64,000 nucleotides of DNA, from assembly GCA_964537905.1 (NCBI GenBank), contig CAZICU010000001.1, forward strand, positions 15,046 through 79,045, read 5' to 3'. The notes under the pieces are model-generated. The model did not search any database. It saw only the letters and a list, made by a program, of their open reading frames with translations, and was not told the DNA's origin. Positions within the stretch are counted from its first letter, which is position 1. Every line of letters begins with the position of its first letter. This DNA comes from an uncultured Gammaproteobacteria bacterium (GTDB lineage Bacteria; Patescibacteriota; Microgenomatia; UBA12405). Below are positions 8,872 through 19,162 of the stretch, piece after piece. The position numbers were made by a program, and so were the translations under genes.

Positions 8872-10878
8872 TTACGGTTTCTTCCACCCCGCCCACTTAC
8901 AAATCGGATAATTAGAACAACCATAAAATTTTCTCCCCGTTTTAGTTTTTCTGACTACTCCCTCAGCCCCACATTCTGGACATTTAAATCCCGCATTTTC
9001 TTGGTATTGGCGACTATATTTACAATCTGGAAATCGATTACACGATACAAATTTACCAAATCGACCCAATCTAATTACCAAATCTCCTTCTTTACACTCC
9101 GGACACTTTTCTCCTAATTTTTCTGTTTCTACTTTTACTCTTTCTCCATCTTTATTAGCTTTTTTAACTTCTTTTTCAAAATCTTTCCAAAATTTTTTCA
9201 TCATTTCTTTCCAATTCAATTTATTCAAAGCAATTTTATCCAAAGAGGTTTCCATTTCCGCTGTAAATGGCAATGATAAAATATCTTCAAAATTTTTCAC
9301 TAAAAATTCATTGGTTGCTTTTCCTAAAACTGTTGGTTTAAATTTTCCCTCATCTCTTTCAACATACTGACGCATAATAATTGTGGAAATAATTGGAGCG
9401 TAAGTACTAGGTCGACCAATCCCTTGTTTTTCCAAAGACGATACTAAACTAGCATCACTATATCGAGGCATCGACATCGTTTCATTATTTTCATAACCAA
9501 TTTTTTTAGCTATTATTTTTTCTCCCTCATTCAATTCTGGTAAAATTTGATCCTCATGTTTTTCTCCACTAATTTTCAAAAAACCATCGAACAACATTCT
9601 TACTCCTTTTGATTGAAAAATAGCATTATTTACAGAAAAATTAATTGTCGTATTTTTCATCTTTGCCGCCGCTCCCTGAGTCGCCACCGCCCTTTTCCAT
9701 ATTATATCGTACAATTTAATCTCTCTTGAGTCAGCTCCTTCAATGTTACGAATTGATACATTTGTTGGTCTAATCGCTTCATGTGCTTCTTGGGCGTTTT
9801 TACTATTATTTTTATAAACTCTTATTTTCTCTGATAAATATTTTTTTCCTAATTCTTTTTCAATAAATTTTCTAAATTCTCCAATCGCTTTTTCTGATAA
9901 ATAAACTGAATCAGTTCTATGGTAACTAATTAAACCCTTTTCATAAAGTTGCTGAGCCACACTCATCGTTTGTTTACCCGACCATCCCATTCGTCGTGCC
10001 GCCGCTTGTTGTAGTTTTGATGTCGTAAATGCTGGTAATGGTGTTTTTAATATTTCTTTACCTGTTACACTTTCTACTAAAAATTCTTTCTTTAAACCGT
10101 CAACAAATTTTTTAACTTCTTCTTCAGTTTTAAAAACAGATTTAGAATAGGTATAATCACCATCAAATAATTTCAATTTAGTACTAATAAAAACATTTTT
10201 ACCATCAACTTTAATTAAATCGGCTCGAAAAGTTTCTTTTTTATTTAAATCTGACCAAACAGTATAAAATTTTTCTTTCTTAAAATTTTCAATTTCTTTC
10301 TCTCTTTCACAAATTAATCTTACCGCCACTGATTGAACTCTCCCTCCAGACAAACCTCGTCTGACTTTTTTCCATAAAATCGGTGATAAACTATATCCCA
10401 CTACCCTATCCAAAACTCGTCGAGCTTGTTGAGCATTAACCAAATCCATATCAATCTCCCGAGCATTTTTTAAAGCTTCCTCGACTGCTTCTTTAGTAAT
10501 TTCATGAAAAGTAATTCTAGTAATTCTTTCAGAAATTCGATTATTTGATTTTGTTTGTTTCTTGGATTTTGGTGATTGGTTATTTTCTAATATCCAACGA
10601 ACATGCCAAGAAATAGCCTCTCCTTCACGATCAGGATCAGACGCCAACAATATCATTTCTGCTTCTTTTGCTGATTTAATTAATTCATCAACTACCTTTT
10701 TTTTCTTTGAATCAATTTGATATTCAATTTCAAAATTTTTAGCCAAATCTACCGCCATTTTATTCTTAGGTAAATCTCGTATATGACCCACTGTTGCCAC
10801 CACTTTAAAATCTTTTCCCAAATATCTTCCAATAGTTTTTGCTTTTGTCGGTGACTCAACTATTAATAATTTTTTCAT
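8872..10878 (-). CDS. topA: DNA topoisomerase I with C-terminal zinc ribbons
   Basis: TOPRIM N-terminus KKLLIVESPTKAKTIGRYLG, active-site region ISYHRTDS, C-terminal CPECK..C / CPECG..C fingers. Confidence 0.9.
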   Translation of the reverse strand: MKKLLIVESPTKAKTIGRYLGKDFKVVATVGHIRDLPKNKMAVDLAKNFEIEYQIDSKKKKVVDELIKSAKEAEMILLASDPDREGEAISWHVRWILENNQSPKSKKQTKSNNRISERITRITFHEITKEAVEEALKNAREIDMDLVNAQQARRVLDRVVGYSLSPILWKKVRRGLSGGRVQSVAVRLICEREKEIENFKKEKFYTVWSDLNKKETFRADLIKVDGKNVFISTKLKLFDGDYTYSKSVFKTEEEVKKFVDGLKKEFLVESVTGKEILKTPLPAFTTSKLQQAAARRMGWSGKQTMSVAQQLYEKGLISYHRTDSVYLSEKAIGEFRKFIEKELGKKYLSEKIRVYKNNSKNAQEAHEAIRPTNVSIRNIEGADSREIKLYDIIWKRAVATQGAAAKMKNTTINFSVNNAIFQSKGVRMLFDGFLKISGEKHEDQILPELNEGEKIIAKKIGYENNETMSMPRYSDASLVSSLEKQGIGRPSTYAPIISTIIMRQYVERDEGKFKPTVLGKATNEFLVKNFEDILSLPFTAEMETSLDKIALNKLNWKEMMKKFWKDFEKEVKKANKDGERVKVETEKLGEKCPECKEGDLVIRLGRFGKFVSCNRFPDCKYSRQYQENAGFKCPECGAEGVVRKTKTGRKFYGCSNYPICKWAGWKKP

Positions 10879-10973
10879 TTTAATTTTTACTTTATAACTT
10901 GATAACTTTCTACTTTCTACTTTTTAAACTAAGTTTCATTGTTATCTATAATACTCTCTCTGTCAACTACAAA

Positions 10974-11270
10974 TCATTCATCAATATTTCTTCTTCGATT
11001 TGAAACAATTACCTTTTCTTCTTCAGATACTCTTAAAACCATCTGTTTAATATCCATTGTTAAAATTCTTTTAAAAGTTGCTTCTTCTGGTTCAGAATAA
11101 TTTATTCCAGAAAAACCTTTACATTCTTCACCTTTTCCATCGTACACTTCAAGAGAATATTGACCTTTACGTTTATCATCAAAATCTACCGCTTTTCTTA
11201 ATTCCTTTTTAGTCTCTAAATATTCTTTAATTCCATCTATAATCATCCCTGCAGATTCTATAAATCTCAT
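10974..11270 (-). CDS. Hypothetical protein (98 aa)
   Basis: ORF only. Confidence 0.3.
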   Translation of the reverse strand: MRFIESAGMIIDGIKEYLETKKELRKAVDFDDKRKGQYSLEVYDGKGEECKGFSGINYSEPEEATFKRILTMDIKQMVLRVSEEEKVIVSNRRRNIDE

Positions 11271-11301
11271 ATAAAAAATAATATCACTTTTGTTAAATTA
11301 T

Positions 11302-12936
11302 TTATTCTGACATTTCTTTTGTCTCTTTGTGTCTTGGTACTACTGTCTCTGGTTCATTAAACCATTCTTTTAAAATATCTCCCACAATTGGCGCCGCTAT
11401 ATCCGATCCTTCACCCCCTTTTTCTACCATCACTGTAATTGAAATTTGAGGATTATCGGCTGGAGCAAAAGCTGTTAACCAAGCGTGAGCATCTTTACTT
11501 CCATCTCCCACTTCAGCTGTCCCCGTTTTACAAGCAATTTCAGTTTTAAAATTAAAAAGTGGCCAAGCTGTACCTCCAGTTTTACAAGCTTGTTTCATTC
11601 CTTCTATTATTGTTATCCAATTAGTTTCTTTAATTCCAATATTTTGACACTCACTTTTTGTCTCTTTCAAAATACTCATTTGACACTTATTCCCTTTATT
11701 AGCAATAATATTGGTCATTTGATTAACTTGCAAAGGAGTCACGTCTAAATCACCCTGACCAATAGACAAATGATAAGTATTACCCAAATACCAAGGTTCA
11801 CCTTTTACTTTTCTTTTCCAATCATCGTCAGGTACCACTCCTTCTACTTCTCCAGAAATTTCCACTCCCGTTTTTGTTCCAAAACCATATTTTATTGCCC
11901 ATTCTTTTATATTATCTACCCCCAACATTTCTCCTAATTTATAGAAAAAAATATCATTCGATCTTTTTATTGCTTTTGTTATATCAACCATTCCATCAGA
12001 TTTTCCACTCCAAGTCTTATAACTATAATCTCCAACTTTTAAAACTCCCACATCTTCTATTAAAGTCTCTTTATTAATTAATCCTGTTTCCAAACCAGCA
12101 GTTGCTGTCACAATTTTAAATACTGATCCAGGATGATATCTGGCTGAAATTGCTCGATTTAACAAAGGTAAATTATCTTTATCGTTTAAATACATAGAAA
12201 TATCTTTATTATTTTGTTCCGAAAAAGAATTTGGATTAAATGCCGGACTAGAAACTAAAGCAATTATTTTACCCGTACTTGGTTCACTCATTATTACCAC
12301 CGCTTTTTTACCTCCCAAAAGTTTATAAATTTTATCTTGCCAATAAGCATCAACCGATAATGCCAACGAGGGTTTTATTTCTGGCTCTTCTCGCCCTAAT
12401 TCCCTAATATAATTACCCAATGCATCAACTTCTATTATTCTTTTTCCATTATTTCCCCTAATATCACAATCCAAAAAATTTTCAATTCCCCCTCGGCCAA
12501 CCAAATCATTTCTATAAAATTTATTTCCACATCTATTATCTTTAATATCTTTATCTGATACTTTTCCCACATAACCAGTCAACATCGACATTGATTCTCC
12601 ATATGGATATTCTCTATTTATTTCATAAGCCAAATCTTTACCTTCAAATTGATATCCATCAAAATCACCACTTTTTTGATAAATTTTTGTTTCATTGTCA
12701 ATTTTAAAATACTGATAAATTGTTTGAGCCACTGTTCTTCCTTTTCGATCGACTATTTCTCGCCGTGGAGCTGGAATTACCGTTTCTAATACTTTATTAT
12801 TTCGTGCCACTTGACTGTAATATTTACCTTTAATCAAATTTAATCTCAAAATTGCTACCGTTAAAATTAACAAGCTTAAAATTAATCCAAATTTTAATAT
12901 CCAAAATTTCCAAAAATAAACCACCTCATCTTTCAT
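11302..12936 (-). CDS. mrdA: Penicillin-binding protein 2 (class B transpeptidase)
   Basis: N-terminal TM, SVFK (SxxK), SxN-like and KTGT (CKTGTAE) motifs. Adjacent to mreB. Confidence 0.8.
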   Translation of the reverse strand: MKDEVVYFWKFWILKFGLILSLLILTVAILRLNLIKGKYYSQVARNNKVLETVIPAPRREIVDRKGRTVAQTIYQYFKIDNETKIYQKSGDFDGYQFEGKDLAYEINREYPYGESMSMLTGYVGKVSDKDIKDNRCGNKFYRNDLVGRGGIENFLDCDIRGNNGKRIIEVDALGNYIRELGREEPEIKPSLALSVDAYWQDKIYKLLGGKKAVVIMSEPSTGKIIALVSSPAFNPNSFSEQNNKDISMYLNDKDNLPLLNRAISARYHPGSVFKIVTATAGLETGLINKETLIEDVGVLKVGDYSYKTWSGKSDGMVDITKAIKRSNDIFFYKLGEMLGVDNIKEWAIKYGFGTKTGVEISGEVEGVVPDDDWKRKVKGEPWYLGNTYHLSIGQGDLDVTPLQVNQMTNIIANKGNKCQMSILKETKSECQNIGIKETNWITIIEGMKQACKTGGTAWPLFNFKTEIACKTGTAEVGDGSKDAHAWLTAFAPADNPQISITVMVEKGGEGSDIAAPIVGDILKEWFNEPETVVPRHKETKEMSE

Positions 12937-12940
12937 ATAT

Positions 12941-14047
12941 TTATAAAGTTATTAACTTTACCTGATTTAAAAGTGAATTATCTTCAATCAATCTACCACA
13001 ACCTCTAATCACTGACATTCCTGAATCGTCACCCAAAATTGTACATATTTTAGTTTCTCCTTCTATTATTTCTTTTAAATTAGCCACTTTTGCTCCTTCA
13101 CCCACTAGTATAATTCCTTTTTTAACTATATCTTCCATTAATTCTGGTGGAGTTTCATCTAAAACTAACTTAACCAATTTTGCAATTTTACTTAACTCAA
13201 AACTAATAGCTTCCAATATTTCCGATTTTGTCAATTTAATCTCACCCGGAAGACCAGTTTCCAAACTCCTACCTCTTATTAAGCCATCATTTTTAAAATT
13301 TATTTTTACTTTTTCTGCACTATTTTGACCTACTAATAGGCCATATTTCATTCTCACATAATTAATTATCGCTGTATCCAATTCATCTCCCGCCACTTTT
13401 ATTCCCTTACCTATTACCACTCCCCCCATTGATACCACACTAACTTCAGTTTTACCTCCACCCACATCCACTATTACCGATCCAGATTGAGTTTCTAGTG
13501 ATAAATTTAAACCCAATGCCGCTAATAAAACTTCTTCTATTAAAATTACTTCACCGGCTCCAGAAGCAATTAAAACCGACTTTATAGCTCTTTTTTGGAC
13601 CTGATTAATAAAACTTGGTATTCCAACTATAACTCTTGGTTTAAAAATTTTGGGATATTTTGAAGGAACTTCATAAACCAATTTAAAATAATAGCTCATT
13701 AAACTTTCCAAAGCTTCCAAATCAGCAATTATGCCATTTTTAATTGGACTGACTACTTCTATCTGTTTTGGTTCTCGATTCCACATCATTTTAGCTTTTA
13801 ATCCATAAGCTATCGGTCTAGTTAAATTTTCTTTTGGAGCTGATAATCCAGTCCATCTTTTTCTTTTCCTTCTCGCCAACATGGTTGGCTCATCAATCAC
13901 TACCCCTCTATCTTTAAGATAAATTAAAGTGTTACTACTTCCCAAATCAATTCCAATATCCCAACTCAAAGACATAAACAAATTCTTTAATAAACTAATT
14001 TCTTTTTTAAAAAGCTTCACTTTAAAATTATAACAATTTATCGTCAC
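12941..14047 (-). CDS. mreB: Rod shape-determining protein MreB (actin-like). Likely true start is Met at 13975 (MSLSWDIGIDLGSS)
   Basis: DIGIDLGSSNTLIY phosphate-1 motif, VDVGGGKTEVSVVSMGG, GEGAKVANL. Contains an insertion after the first strand. Confidence 0.8.
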   Translation of the reverse strand: MTINCYNFKVKLFKKEISLLKNLFMSLSWDIGIDLGSSNTLIYLKDRGVVIDEPTMLARRKRKRWTGLSAPKENLTRPIAYGLKAKMMWNREPKQIEVVSPIKNGIIADLEALESLMSYYFKLVYEVPSKYPKIFKPRVIVGIPSFINQVQKRAIKSVLIASGAGEVILIEEVLLAALGLNLSLETQSGSVIVDVGGGKTEVSVVSMGGVVIGKGIKVAGDELDTAIINYVRMKYGLLVGQNSAEKVKINFKNDGLIRGRSLETGLPGEIKLTKSEILEAISFELSKIAKLVKLVLDETPPELMEDIVKKGIILVGEGAKVANLKEIIEGETKICTILGDDSGMSVIRGCGRLIEDNSLLNQVKLITL

Positions 14048-14073
14048 TCAAATTCAGTTACAATAAATTAATC

Positions 14074-16032
14074 ATGAAATTATTAAATCAATCAATTAAA
14101 GTTCTTTTTGCTTGCCTTTTTTTAATTACTCCTTTAATTTTGTGTTTTTCTAATTCCGAACTTTTTGAAATCCCCAAAATGCATTTCATTTATTTAATCA
14201 CCATACTAACCACTACTCTTCATCTAATAAATTGGTCTTTAGGTCAAATTAAACTTTTTCATAAAAATAAATTAAATTGGTTTTTAATTATTTTTCTCAT
14301 TTCCCAAATAATTTGCACTATCACTTCAATTGATATTTATACTTCTCTTCATGGTTATTATTCTCGTCTCAATGGTGGTTTATTTTCTCTTATTGCCTTC
14401 AGTAGTATTTTTTTAATTCTCCCCCTTTATCTAAACGATAAATTCAAAAATACTCTTATCAATTTAATTCTTTTATCAGGTTTTTTTGTGGCTATTTTTG
14501 GTATTTTAGAACATTTTGGTATTGATAAAAATTTTTGGGTTCAAGATGTTCAATCTAGAGTTTTTTCTACTCTTGGTCAACCCAATTGGCTAGCCGCTTA
14601 TCTTTGTCTCCTCCTTCCTTTTTCTATTTATAAATTTCAAAATTCTATAAATAAATTTTCTGCTACTAGCTATTTACTACTTACTACTATCTATTATCTA
14701 ACTCTTCTCTTTACCAAATCCAAATCTGGTATTCTGGCCGCCGTTATTTCTTTAACAATATTTTTCATTTTTACTTTTTTTCAAAAAAAATCTCTCAAAA
14801 AATCATTAATTATTAATTATTCATTATTAATTGTTTTATCTCTATTAATTTCTAATCCTATCAAAGATTTCCTCTTCCCTCATAAATTAGACATTAGAAA
14901 TTCGACATTAGAAATTAATAATTTAAACGTTACTTCCAGTGGTAATATTCGCAAAATTGTTTGGCTTGGCAGTTGGGAATTATTTAAAAAATTTCCCTTA
15001 GTTGGCACTGGAGTCGAAACATTTGCTTATTCTTATTATTGGACTAGACCCATAGAACACAATCTCACTTCAGAATGGGATTTTCTTTATAACAAGGCTC
15101 ACAACGAGTATTTAAATTATTTAGCTACTACCGGTCTGGTCGGCACCATTCCTTATTTACTTTTTATTTTGGCGGTATTGATTGTTCTAATTAAAAAGAT
15201 ACTAAATACCAAATACTTAATACTCGATATTGCTATTTTATGTTCATTTATCAGTATTTTAATTACTAATACTGCCGGTTTTTCTATTTCCATTGTCTCT
15301 TTGTTTTTCTTTACTTTACCTCTATTTAGTTTTAAATATCAGGAAGATCAATCACATTTTAAAACTAAAAAAATTCTCATTCCCCTAGTTTTATTTTTTT
15401 CATTTTATAGTCTCAATCAACTTATTCGTTCTTATTTTGCTGATGTTTATTTTTCCAAATCACAAACCAAAGACAATCACCAAGACTATGAAACTGCTTA
15501 TCAATTAATCTCTCAAACTAATCAACTTAAACCAAAAGAACCTAATTATTATATCCATCTTGGTTTATTATCAGCAAAAATGGCCCTTCTTACCAACGAT
15601 CAAAAGTATATTGATCAAGCTATCAAATATGCTGATTTATCAGTTACCTCATCTCCAGCCAATATAAATTTTTGGAAACTTCGATCTCAAGTTTATTATT
15701 ATCTTTCTAGTCTTGATCAAAAATATTTTACTAAAACCATTGAATCTATGTTGCAAGCTTCAAAATTTGCCCCAACTGATGCCAAAATTTATTTTAATCT
15801 AGGTCAATTTTTAGAAACTGCTTCATTCATCGATGAAGCTATTATTTACTATCAACAAGCTATCGATGTTAAATCAAATTATGATCATGCTTATTTTGCT
15901 CTCGGTCAAATTTATTTTGATCAAAAAAAATATGATCTTGCCAAAACCAATTTAGAACAAACCCTCAAATACGCCCCCACCAACACCGCCGCCCAAAAAC
16001 TCCTCGACAAAATCAAAAAGCTGAAAAACTGA
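14074..16032 (+). CDS. Polytopic membrane protein with O-antigen ligase (Wzy_C) domain and C-terminal TPR repeats
   Basis: Many TM helices, Wzy_C-like NIRKIVWLGSWELFKKFPLVGTGVETF, TPR-like C-terminal third. Confidence 0.6.
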   Translation: MKLLNQSIKVLFACLFLITPLILCFSNSELFEIPKMHFIYLITILTTTLHLINWSLGQIKLFHKNKLNWFLIIFLISQIICTITSIDIYTSLHGYYSRLNGGLFSLIAFSSIFLILPLYLNDKFKNTLINLILLSGFFVAIFGILEHFGIDKNFWVQDVQSRVFSTLGQPNWLAAYLCLLLPFSIYKFQNSINKFSATSYLLLTTIYYLTLLFTKSKSGILAAVISLTIFFIFTFFQKKSLKKSLIINYSLLIVLSLLISNPIKDFLFPHKLDIRNSTLEINNLNVTSSGNIRKIVWLGSWELFKKFPLVGTGVETFAYSYYWTRPIEHNLTSEWDFLYNKAHNEYLNYLATTGLVGTIPYLLFILAVLIVLIKKILNTKYLILDIAILCSFISILITNTAGFSISIVSLFFFTLPLFSFKYQEDQSHFKTKKILIPLVLFFSFYSLNQLIRSYFADVYFSKSQTKDNHQDYETAYQLISQTNQLKPKEPNYYIHLGLLSAKMALLTNDQKYIDQAIKYADLSVTSSPANINFWKLRSQVYYYLSSLDQKYFTKTIESMLQASKFAPTDAKIYFNLGQFLETASFIDEAIIYYQQAIDVKSNYDHAYFALGQIYFDQKKYDLAKTNLEQTLKYAPTNTAAQKLLDKIKKLKN

Positions 16033-16040
16033 TAGGCTGA

Positions 16041-16610
16041 CTAACTGAATATCTTAATATCTGCTTTCATCATTTCTTTCCCATTCCATTTATAAAATTT
16101 TCCACCCTCTTTTTTAATATAATCCACAAACAATCTTCCTTTCAAATGATCACTTTCATGTTGCCAAACAATTGCCTCAAAACCCTCTAATCCTTTTTTC
16201 TTTAAAATAAACTTTTTCCCAATTAATTCTTGCCATTCAACTTCTATTTTTAACCATCTTTTAACTGTTCCAAAATAATTTGGAAACGACAAACATCCCT
16301 CCAAAAAATCTTCCTTGGCCGACGTAGCGCCAGCGTAGGCGGCTTCTTTTTCTATCAATGGATAAACTCTTTCTCCCCAAGTTTTTATTAATTTTGGATT
16401 AAAATAAACTTTTACTTCTCCGTTTATTTTCATTCCAAAAAAATTTTTTGACACCCCAATTTGCGGCGCCGCCAAACCAGCCGCATTTTCCCCTTCTGCC
16501 AAAAGTTTTTTTAATTCCTCAATTTCTTTAGCAGTGGTCTGATCAATTTCAATTACATCACTAACTTTTTGACGTAAAACATCGTTAGGATAAAGAATAA
16601 TTTTTATCAT
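16041..16610 (-). CDS. def: Peptide deformylase
   Basis: GLAAPQIG, EGCLSFP, QHESDHLKG motifs. Confidence 0.9.
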   Translation of the reverse strand: MIKIILYPNDVLRQKVSDVIEIDQTTAKEIEELKKLLAEGENAAGLAAPQIGVSKNFFGMKINGEVKVYFNPKLIKTWGERVYPLIEKEAAYAGATSAKEDFLEGCLSFPNYFGTVKRWLKIEVEWQELIGKKFILKKKGLEGFEAIVWQHESDHLKGRLFVDYIKKEGGKFYKWNGKEMMKADIKIFS

Positions 16611-16683
16611 TAATGTATTTTATCAAATTTCCAAATGAGTACGGTATAATTTATTACTACTTCTCTACTAAAAATTAAATATT

Positions 16684-17556
16684 ATGATCAATACTATTTT
16701 CTTCGGTTCTTCCGAATACTCTGTCATTATTCTTAAAAAACTTCTCGAAATTAAAGATCTTCAAGTTTCTGCCGTTTTTAGTAAAACCGACAAACCTGTC
16801 GGTCGTCAACAAAAAATTATCCCTAATCCCGTCGCCACTTTTACTAAAACCAATAATCTACCTCTTTTTCAAATAGAAGAGTTCAGTCCTGAAGTTAAAT
16901 TAAAAATTAAAAATTTGCAACCAGACCTCGGCCTAGTTGTCGCCTTTGGTCCCCCTTATTTCGATCAACAAACCATCGATATTCCCAAATATAAAATTGT
17001 TAATATTCATCCTTCACCTTTACCCAAATACCGTGGTGCCACTCCCGGCCCTTGGCAAATTATCAATGGTGAAATTCAAAGCGCCGTCAGTTTTTTTCAA
17101 ATCGATGTTCTTCCCGATCATGGCCCCATTATCACTCAATTACCTTTTGAAATTTCCTCTACTGAAACTGCTACCAGTTTTTACACCAAAGCTTTCGATC
17201 TCGCCGCTCAAAATCTTACTATTATCCTTAAATCTTATATCTCAAATCCTGAATTATTAATACCTCAGGATCATTCTCAAAAAACTTATTTTCCCAAATT
17301 TGACAAAGATAAAGCCAAAATAAATTGGTCTTGGGATCAAGCTAAAATCGAACGTTTTATCAGGGCTTTAAACCCTTGGCCTATTGCTTGGACCTATGTC
17401 ACCAACCAAAAATGTCAACAATTAAAAATGAAAATCTTCAGTTCAACTTTTAACTTTAAACTTTCTACTTTAGACTTAAATCAAGTCCAAATCGAAGGTA
17501 AAAATATCACTTCTTGGTCTGAAATTTCCAAATACTATTCTATAAAAAAATCCTAA
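16684..17556 (+). CDS. fmt: Methionyl-tRNA formyltransferase
   Basis: IFFGSSEYS N-terminus, VNIHPSPLPKYRGATP formyltransferase motif. Divergent from def. Confidence 0.85.
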   Translation: MINTIFFGSSEYSVIILKKLLEIKDLQVSAVFSKTDKPVGRQQKIIPNPVATFTKTNNLPLFQIEEFSPEVKLKIKNLQPDLGLVVAFGPPYFDQQTIDIPKYKIVNIHPSPLPKYRGATPGPWQIINGEIQSAVSFFQIDVLPDHGPIITQLPFEISSTETATSFYTKAFDLAAQNLTIILKSYISNPELLIPQDHSQKTYFPKFDKDKAKINWSWDQAKIERFIRALNPWPIAWTYVTNQKCQQLKMKIFSSTFNFKLSTLDLNQVQIEGKNITSWSEISKYYSIKKS

Positions 17557-17914
17557 CCTACGGTAAAATTAGTTTTTTATTTTTAGTTTAGACATTAAAT
17601 ATTAGATATTAGAAATTATTTTTTTACCCTATCTTTAGGTAATTTCAAATACCTGTTTTAAAATTTAATGGAAAAATTCATCATTAATCACATATCTTTT
17701 TTCTGCTAGCTTAGGCAATTTTGTAATTTTATATAAAAAATAATTATTAATTATTAATTTTTAATTTTTAATTAATGTCCCAATAATAGGCAATAAATAA
17801 TTTTAATTTATCAAAATTTTATTTATTTAAAATCGAATCATCCCCAAGGTTAGGCATTTCACTTTTTGACAAAATTTTAAAAACCTCTTTAATTATTATT
17901 AAGGAGGTAAAAAT

Positions 17915-18028
17915 ATGCCAGTCAAAAAGAAAGCTACTAAAAAAGTCGCCAAGAAAAAAGTTGTTAAGAAAAAAGCTGCTAAAAAAACAGCCAAGAAAAA
18001 AGTCGCCAAAAAAACCAAGAAAAAATAA
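17915..18028 (+). CDS. 37-aa lysine-rich microprotein MPVKKKATKKVAKKKVVKKKAAKKTAKKKVAKKTKKK (histone H1/Hc1-like low-complexity basic protein)
   Basis: Strong SD aaggaggt 7 nt upstream of ATG. Followed by an intrinsic terminator. TTGACA hexamer ~45 nt upstream. Below the ORF-track size cutoff. Confidence 0.5.
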   Translation: MPVKKKATKKVAKKKVVKKKAAKKTAKKKVAKKTKKK

Positions 18029-18044
18029 TAAACTTGGATTATTT

Positions 18045-18080
18045 AAAAAACGGTACTTTCAAAATAGAGTGCCGTTTTTT
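18045..18080. terminator. Bidirectional intrinsic terminator between the K-rich microprotein gene and rpmB (convergent)
   Basis: aaaaaa-cggtact-loop-agtgccg-tttttt: 9-bp stem (one G.U), flanked by an A-tract and a T-tract. Confidence 0.6.
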
Positions 18081-18267
18081 ATTGCTTAGCCTCTTTTTTA
18101 AGCTTTTTCAAACACTTAGTACAAAAAACTCCGCTAATTTTATCCTCTCCCACCGACAAAGTAACTTTTTGAATGTTAGCTTTATAGGTTCTTGGAGTTC
18201 GATTTTGGGCATGTGATCTATTTCGACCAACTTTTGTCCCTTTGTTGCATAAACTACATGTTCTCAT
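18079..18267 (-). CDS. rpmB: 50S ribosomal protein L28 (62 aa; ORF-track N-terminal extension not believed)
   Basis: MRTCSLCNKGTKVGRNRSHAQNRTPRTYKANIQKV matches the bL28 core (..C..C..G...G.NRSHA.N.T.R). Confidence 0.8.
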   Translation of the reverse strand: MRTCSLCNKGTKVGRNRSHAQNRTPRTYKANIQKVTLSVGEDKISGVFCTKCLKKLKKEAKQ

Positions 18268-18306
18268 AGTAAGGTATAATATCACAATCATTCTTTTTTT
18301 TGGAAT

Positions 18307-18942
18307 ATGGAAAGTTTTATTTTTAAAATTATCTCTTTTATCTGTCTCATCATTGCTATTACTATCCACGAATTTTTCCATGCTCTAGCTGCTGACCATA
18401 TGGGTGATCCTACTCCCCGATCTCACGGTCGCCTTACTCTAAATCCATTAGCTCACGCCGATCCTATTGGTACATTTTTTCTACCTTTGATTAATCTGAT
18501 GACTGGTTTACCTACCATCGGTTGGGCCAAACCAGTTCCTATTGATCCATTTAATTTTCGTCATCCCAAAAAAGATGAGATTATAGTTTCTTTGGCTGGT
18601 CCAGTTAGTAATCTTTTTCTCGCCATTATTGCTTCTCTTTGTTTCCGATTTATTCCTTTATCTCAAATTTTTTATATCTTTTTTTATTCACTTACTCTCA
18701 TCAATGTTTCTCTTTTCATTTTTAATCTAATTCCCATCCCTCCACTTGACGGTTCTCACCTTCTTCTCAATCTACTTCCAGAAAAATCACGAATCCAATG
18801 GCAAGAAATATTTGACCGATATGGTTTTTTACTAATTATAGTTCTGGTCTTTTTCCCTGTTTTTAATGGTCAAAGTCTAATCAGTCTAATTATGATTCCC
18901 GCCATTAAGTTTCTTCTTAGTTTACTTTTACCAATTCTTTAA
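18307..18942 (+). CDS. Site-2 protease family (M50B) membrane metalloprotease
   Basis: HEFFHALAADHMGD (HExxH in TM1), multiple TM helices, PPLDGSHLL motif. Confidence 0.7.
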   Translation: MESFIFKIISFICLIIAITIHEFFHALAADHMGDPTPRSHGRLTLNPLAHADPIGTFFLPLINLMTGLPTIGWAKPVPIDPFNFRHPKKDEIIVSLAGPVSNLFLAIIASLCFRFIPLSQIFYIFFYSLTLINVSLFIFNLIPIPPLDGSHLLLNLLPEKSRIQWQEIFDRYGFLLIIVLVFFPVFNGQSLISLIMIPAIKFLLSLLLPIL

Positions 18943-19162
18943 GATTCTTTATCATTTTTTCAATATCTTTATTATTCATTCCGTGAACTATTGCTCCTTC
19001 TTCCAATGTTTCCCTTCCTGCCGCCATGCACCCAATACAATGAAATCCATATTCTTCCATCAAAACATTGCCTAATTCTGGGTAATTTTCTATCAAATCC
19101 TCAATCATCATTTTTTTATTTATTTCCATTTTTTGTTTTTTCATAAAGCAATTATACTCCAA
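18917..19162 (-). CDS. Small DUF1858-like redox-disulfide protein (81 aa)
   Basis: FHCIGCMAAG CxxC-containing fold typical of hybrid-cluster-associated DUF1858 proteins. Confidence 0.45.
   Translation of the reverse strand: MEYNCFMKKQKMEINKKMMIEDLIENYPELGNVLMEEYGFHCIGCMAAGRETLEEGAIVHGMNNKDIEKMIKNLKELVKVN

Noticed and set aside
11485-12077. Two short + ORFs antisense to the PBP2 gene
   Set aside because: Antisense, no motifs.
17866-17898. Sigma-70-like promoter (TTGACA plus ttaatt/tattat) upstream of the K-rich microprotein
   Set aside because: Spacing to the SD leaves almost no leader and the -10 assignment is ambiguous in this AT-rich context. Mentioned only as supporting context, not as a feature.
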